DNA from: Escherichia phage rV5_ev158
Length of the DNA stretch: 64,000 nucleotides
Strand: one strand, 5' to 3'
Sequence record: LR694611
The first letter of the stretch is position 1, and each line of letters opens with the position of its first letter. Both the position numbers and the translations under genes were made by a program. Below the pieces are notes generated by a model. That model was not told the DNA's origin, searched no databases, and saw only the letters and a list, made by a program, of their open reading frames with translations. Shown here piece after piece: positions 62,810 to 64,000 of this stretch.

Positions 62810-64000
62810 TACGCCTCCTCGTAAAGAATGTCGATAGTGTTACCGTCTCGGTCAACCACGTATTCAATCGGGTCTCCGTCCTTGCGTGCTTCCGGAGCTA
62901 CCACAATCTCATAGCGGCATGCACGGCACTTAGCGCTATTGTGTTGGTATGGCACACTAACCACATCTGCAGGGTCAACCATGACAGTCATTACAGTGCC
63001 GTAGCTCTTTGCATACTCCTTGCTGGCGCAGTGTAAGCCATAGGAGCACGCAGCTTCAGGATCATCCTCTACAAAGTCACGAGGCATGGATACAAAAGCA
63101 CCCTGGTATTGTGGAACTTTACCACTGTGACAATCCACCCACTTGCTGCCGTTAAACTGAACCCCTTTGTAGCAAATGATTCGACCATCTTCTGCAATCT
63201 GGATATCGTTGGCCTGCATAAAATCGTAGAGCATGTTTACAGATTTTGCAGAAGGATTGCGTAGCAGGCGAACGAGGAATTTCACATAGCGGTCATCCAG
63301 TGTTCCGTCTGCATAGTCTTTCTCAATTTTCTTTGCAATGGTGGATCGCATCTCTACACCGTAGTAGTAGAGCTTACCATCTTTCATGATCAGGTTGTCT
63401 GCAAGTGTGGTGAACTCATTCTTGCGTTCCAGCCAGACAAGGATTTCACCAATTGCCTCATCATATTCCTGAACAGAGATATGGTCGAAGACTTTCTGGT
63501 AAACTTCCTCACTTTCGCTGCGGCGAATTTCAAAAATGCCTTCGTTGCAGGTGATCTGGAGGAGTTCCCCACAAATAACTACTAAAGGCTCGATGCTTCG
63601 AGTCTGTTGCTGAGACACACTGCTCACCACCTCCAGCACCGGGTCTTTGACTTCTACTAAAGGTTCTTCTGACTTGATTGCCACCCCAGTGAACCCCACA
63701 CCGTGAACAACACACAGTGGGTATACCACGCCCCAACGTTTAACGGAACCTTCGCCTAAGTCTAAGATCATGGCGTACTTACCATTATCTTCCAGCCCAT
63801 ATCGAAATAGACGGGCCTCTTCACGGGTTTCAAAATCCTCACGGGTGTAGCAGACGCTGTCACGGTCAGGATCGAACAACTCTGGGGCACCAACTGCCAG
63901 TGTCCAGGTTGTGTCGCCTTTCTCAATGGCACATGTGAAACCCTTCTTCTCAAGTTCTGCACGGCGGTCGCGTGCTTCTTTACGAGTTTTGAAGTGTTCG
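62809..64000 (-). CDS. hypothetical protein, 5'-truncated by window edge
   Basis: Listed start 63879 is TTG; the frame stays open to position 64000, so the gene begins beyond the window. Confidence 0.5.
   Translation of the reverse strand, partial: EHFKTRKEARDRRAELEKKGFTCAIEKGDTTWTLAVGAPELFDPDRDSVCYTREDFETREEARLFRYGLEDNGKYAMILDLGEGSVKRWGVVYPLCVVHGVGFTGVAIKSEEPLVEVKDPVLEVVSSVSQQQTRSIEPLVVICGELLQITCNEGIFEIRRSESEEVYQKVFDHISVQEYDEAIGEILVWLERKNEFTTLADNLIMKDGKLYYYGVEMRSTIAKKIEKDYADGTLDDRYVKFLVRLLRNPSAKSVNMLYDFMQANDIQIAEDGRIICYKGVQFNGSKWVDCHSGKVPQYQGAFVSMPRDFVEDDPEAACSYGLHCASKEYAKSYGTVMTVMVDPADVVSVPYQHNSAKCRACRYEIVVAPEARKDGDPIEYVVDRDGNTIDILYEEA

Noticed and set aside
1-64000. Prophage or integrated mobile element interpretation
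   Set aside because: No integrase, recombinase, transposase, att-like tRNA fragment or host housekeeping gene seen; gene content is that of a lytic phage replication and nucleotide-metabolism region.

Overview
The window looks like a contiguous piece of a virulent tailed dsDNA phage genome: no integrase, transposase, tRNA or host housekeeping gene was recognised. Promoters are sigma70-like (TTGACA-N16-18-TATAAT) and ribosome-binding sites are GGAGG-like, which fits a Gram-negative host. Two convergent transcription blocks meet at a ~2.5 kb ORF-free, repeat-rich zone (about 29880-32430). The plus-strand block (1-29875) carries nucleotide-metabolism and early genes: flap endonuclease, RuvC-like and endonuclease VII-like resolvases, DNA methyltransferases, dNMP kinase-like, HAD nucleotidase-like, ThyX, NrdA/NrdB, glutaredoxin, NrdD/NrdG, PhoH-like, ClpP-like peptidase, an HPF/RaiA ribosome-hibernation-factor homologue, and about 40 small ORFs including a paralogous family of small acidic proteins. 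The minus-strand block (64000 down to 32434) carries a Dda-like helicase, two further methyltransferases, a primase-helicase, a family A DNA polymerase, an SSB-like protein, a DarG-like macrodomain protein, and about 50 small ORFs, each typically served by its own promoter and a 5' leader hairpin. A second ORF-poor repeat island lies at about 43140-44140. All functional calls rest on motifs read by eye and on family signatures recalled from memory; no database search was run. Hypothetical-protein coordinates follow the supplied ORF track, adjusted where an internal ATG with a better Shine-Dalgarno sequence was evident.
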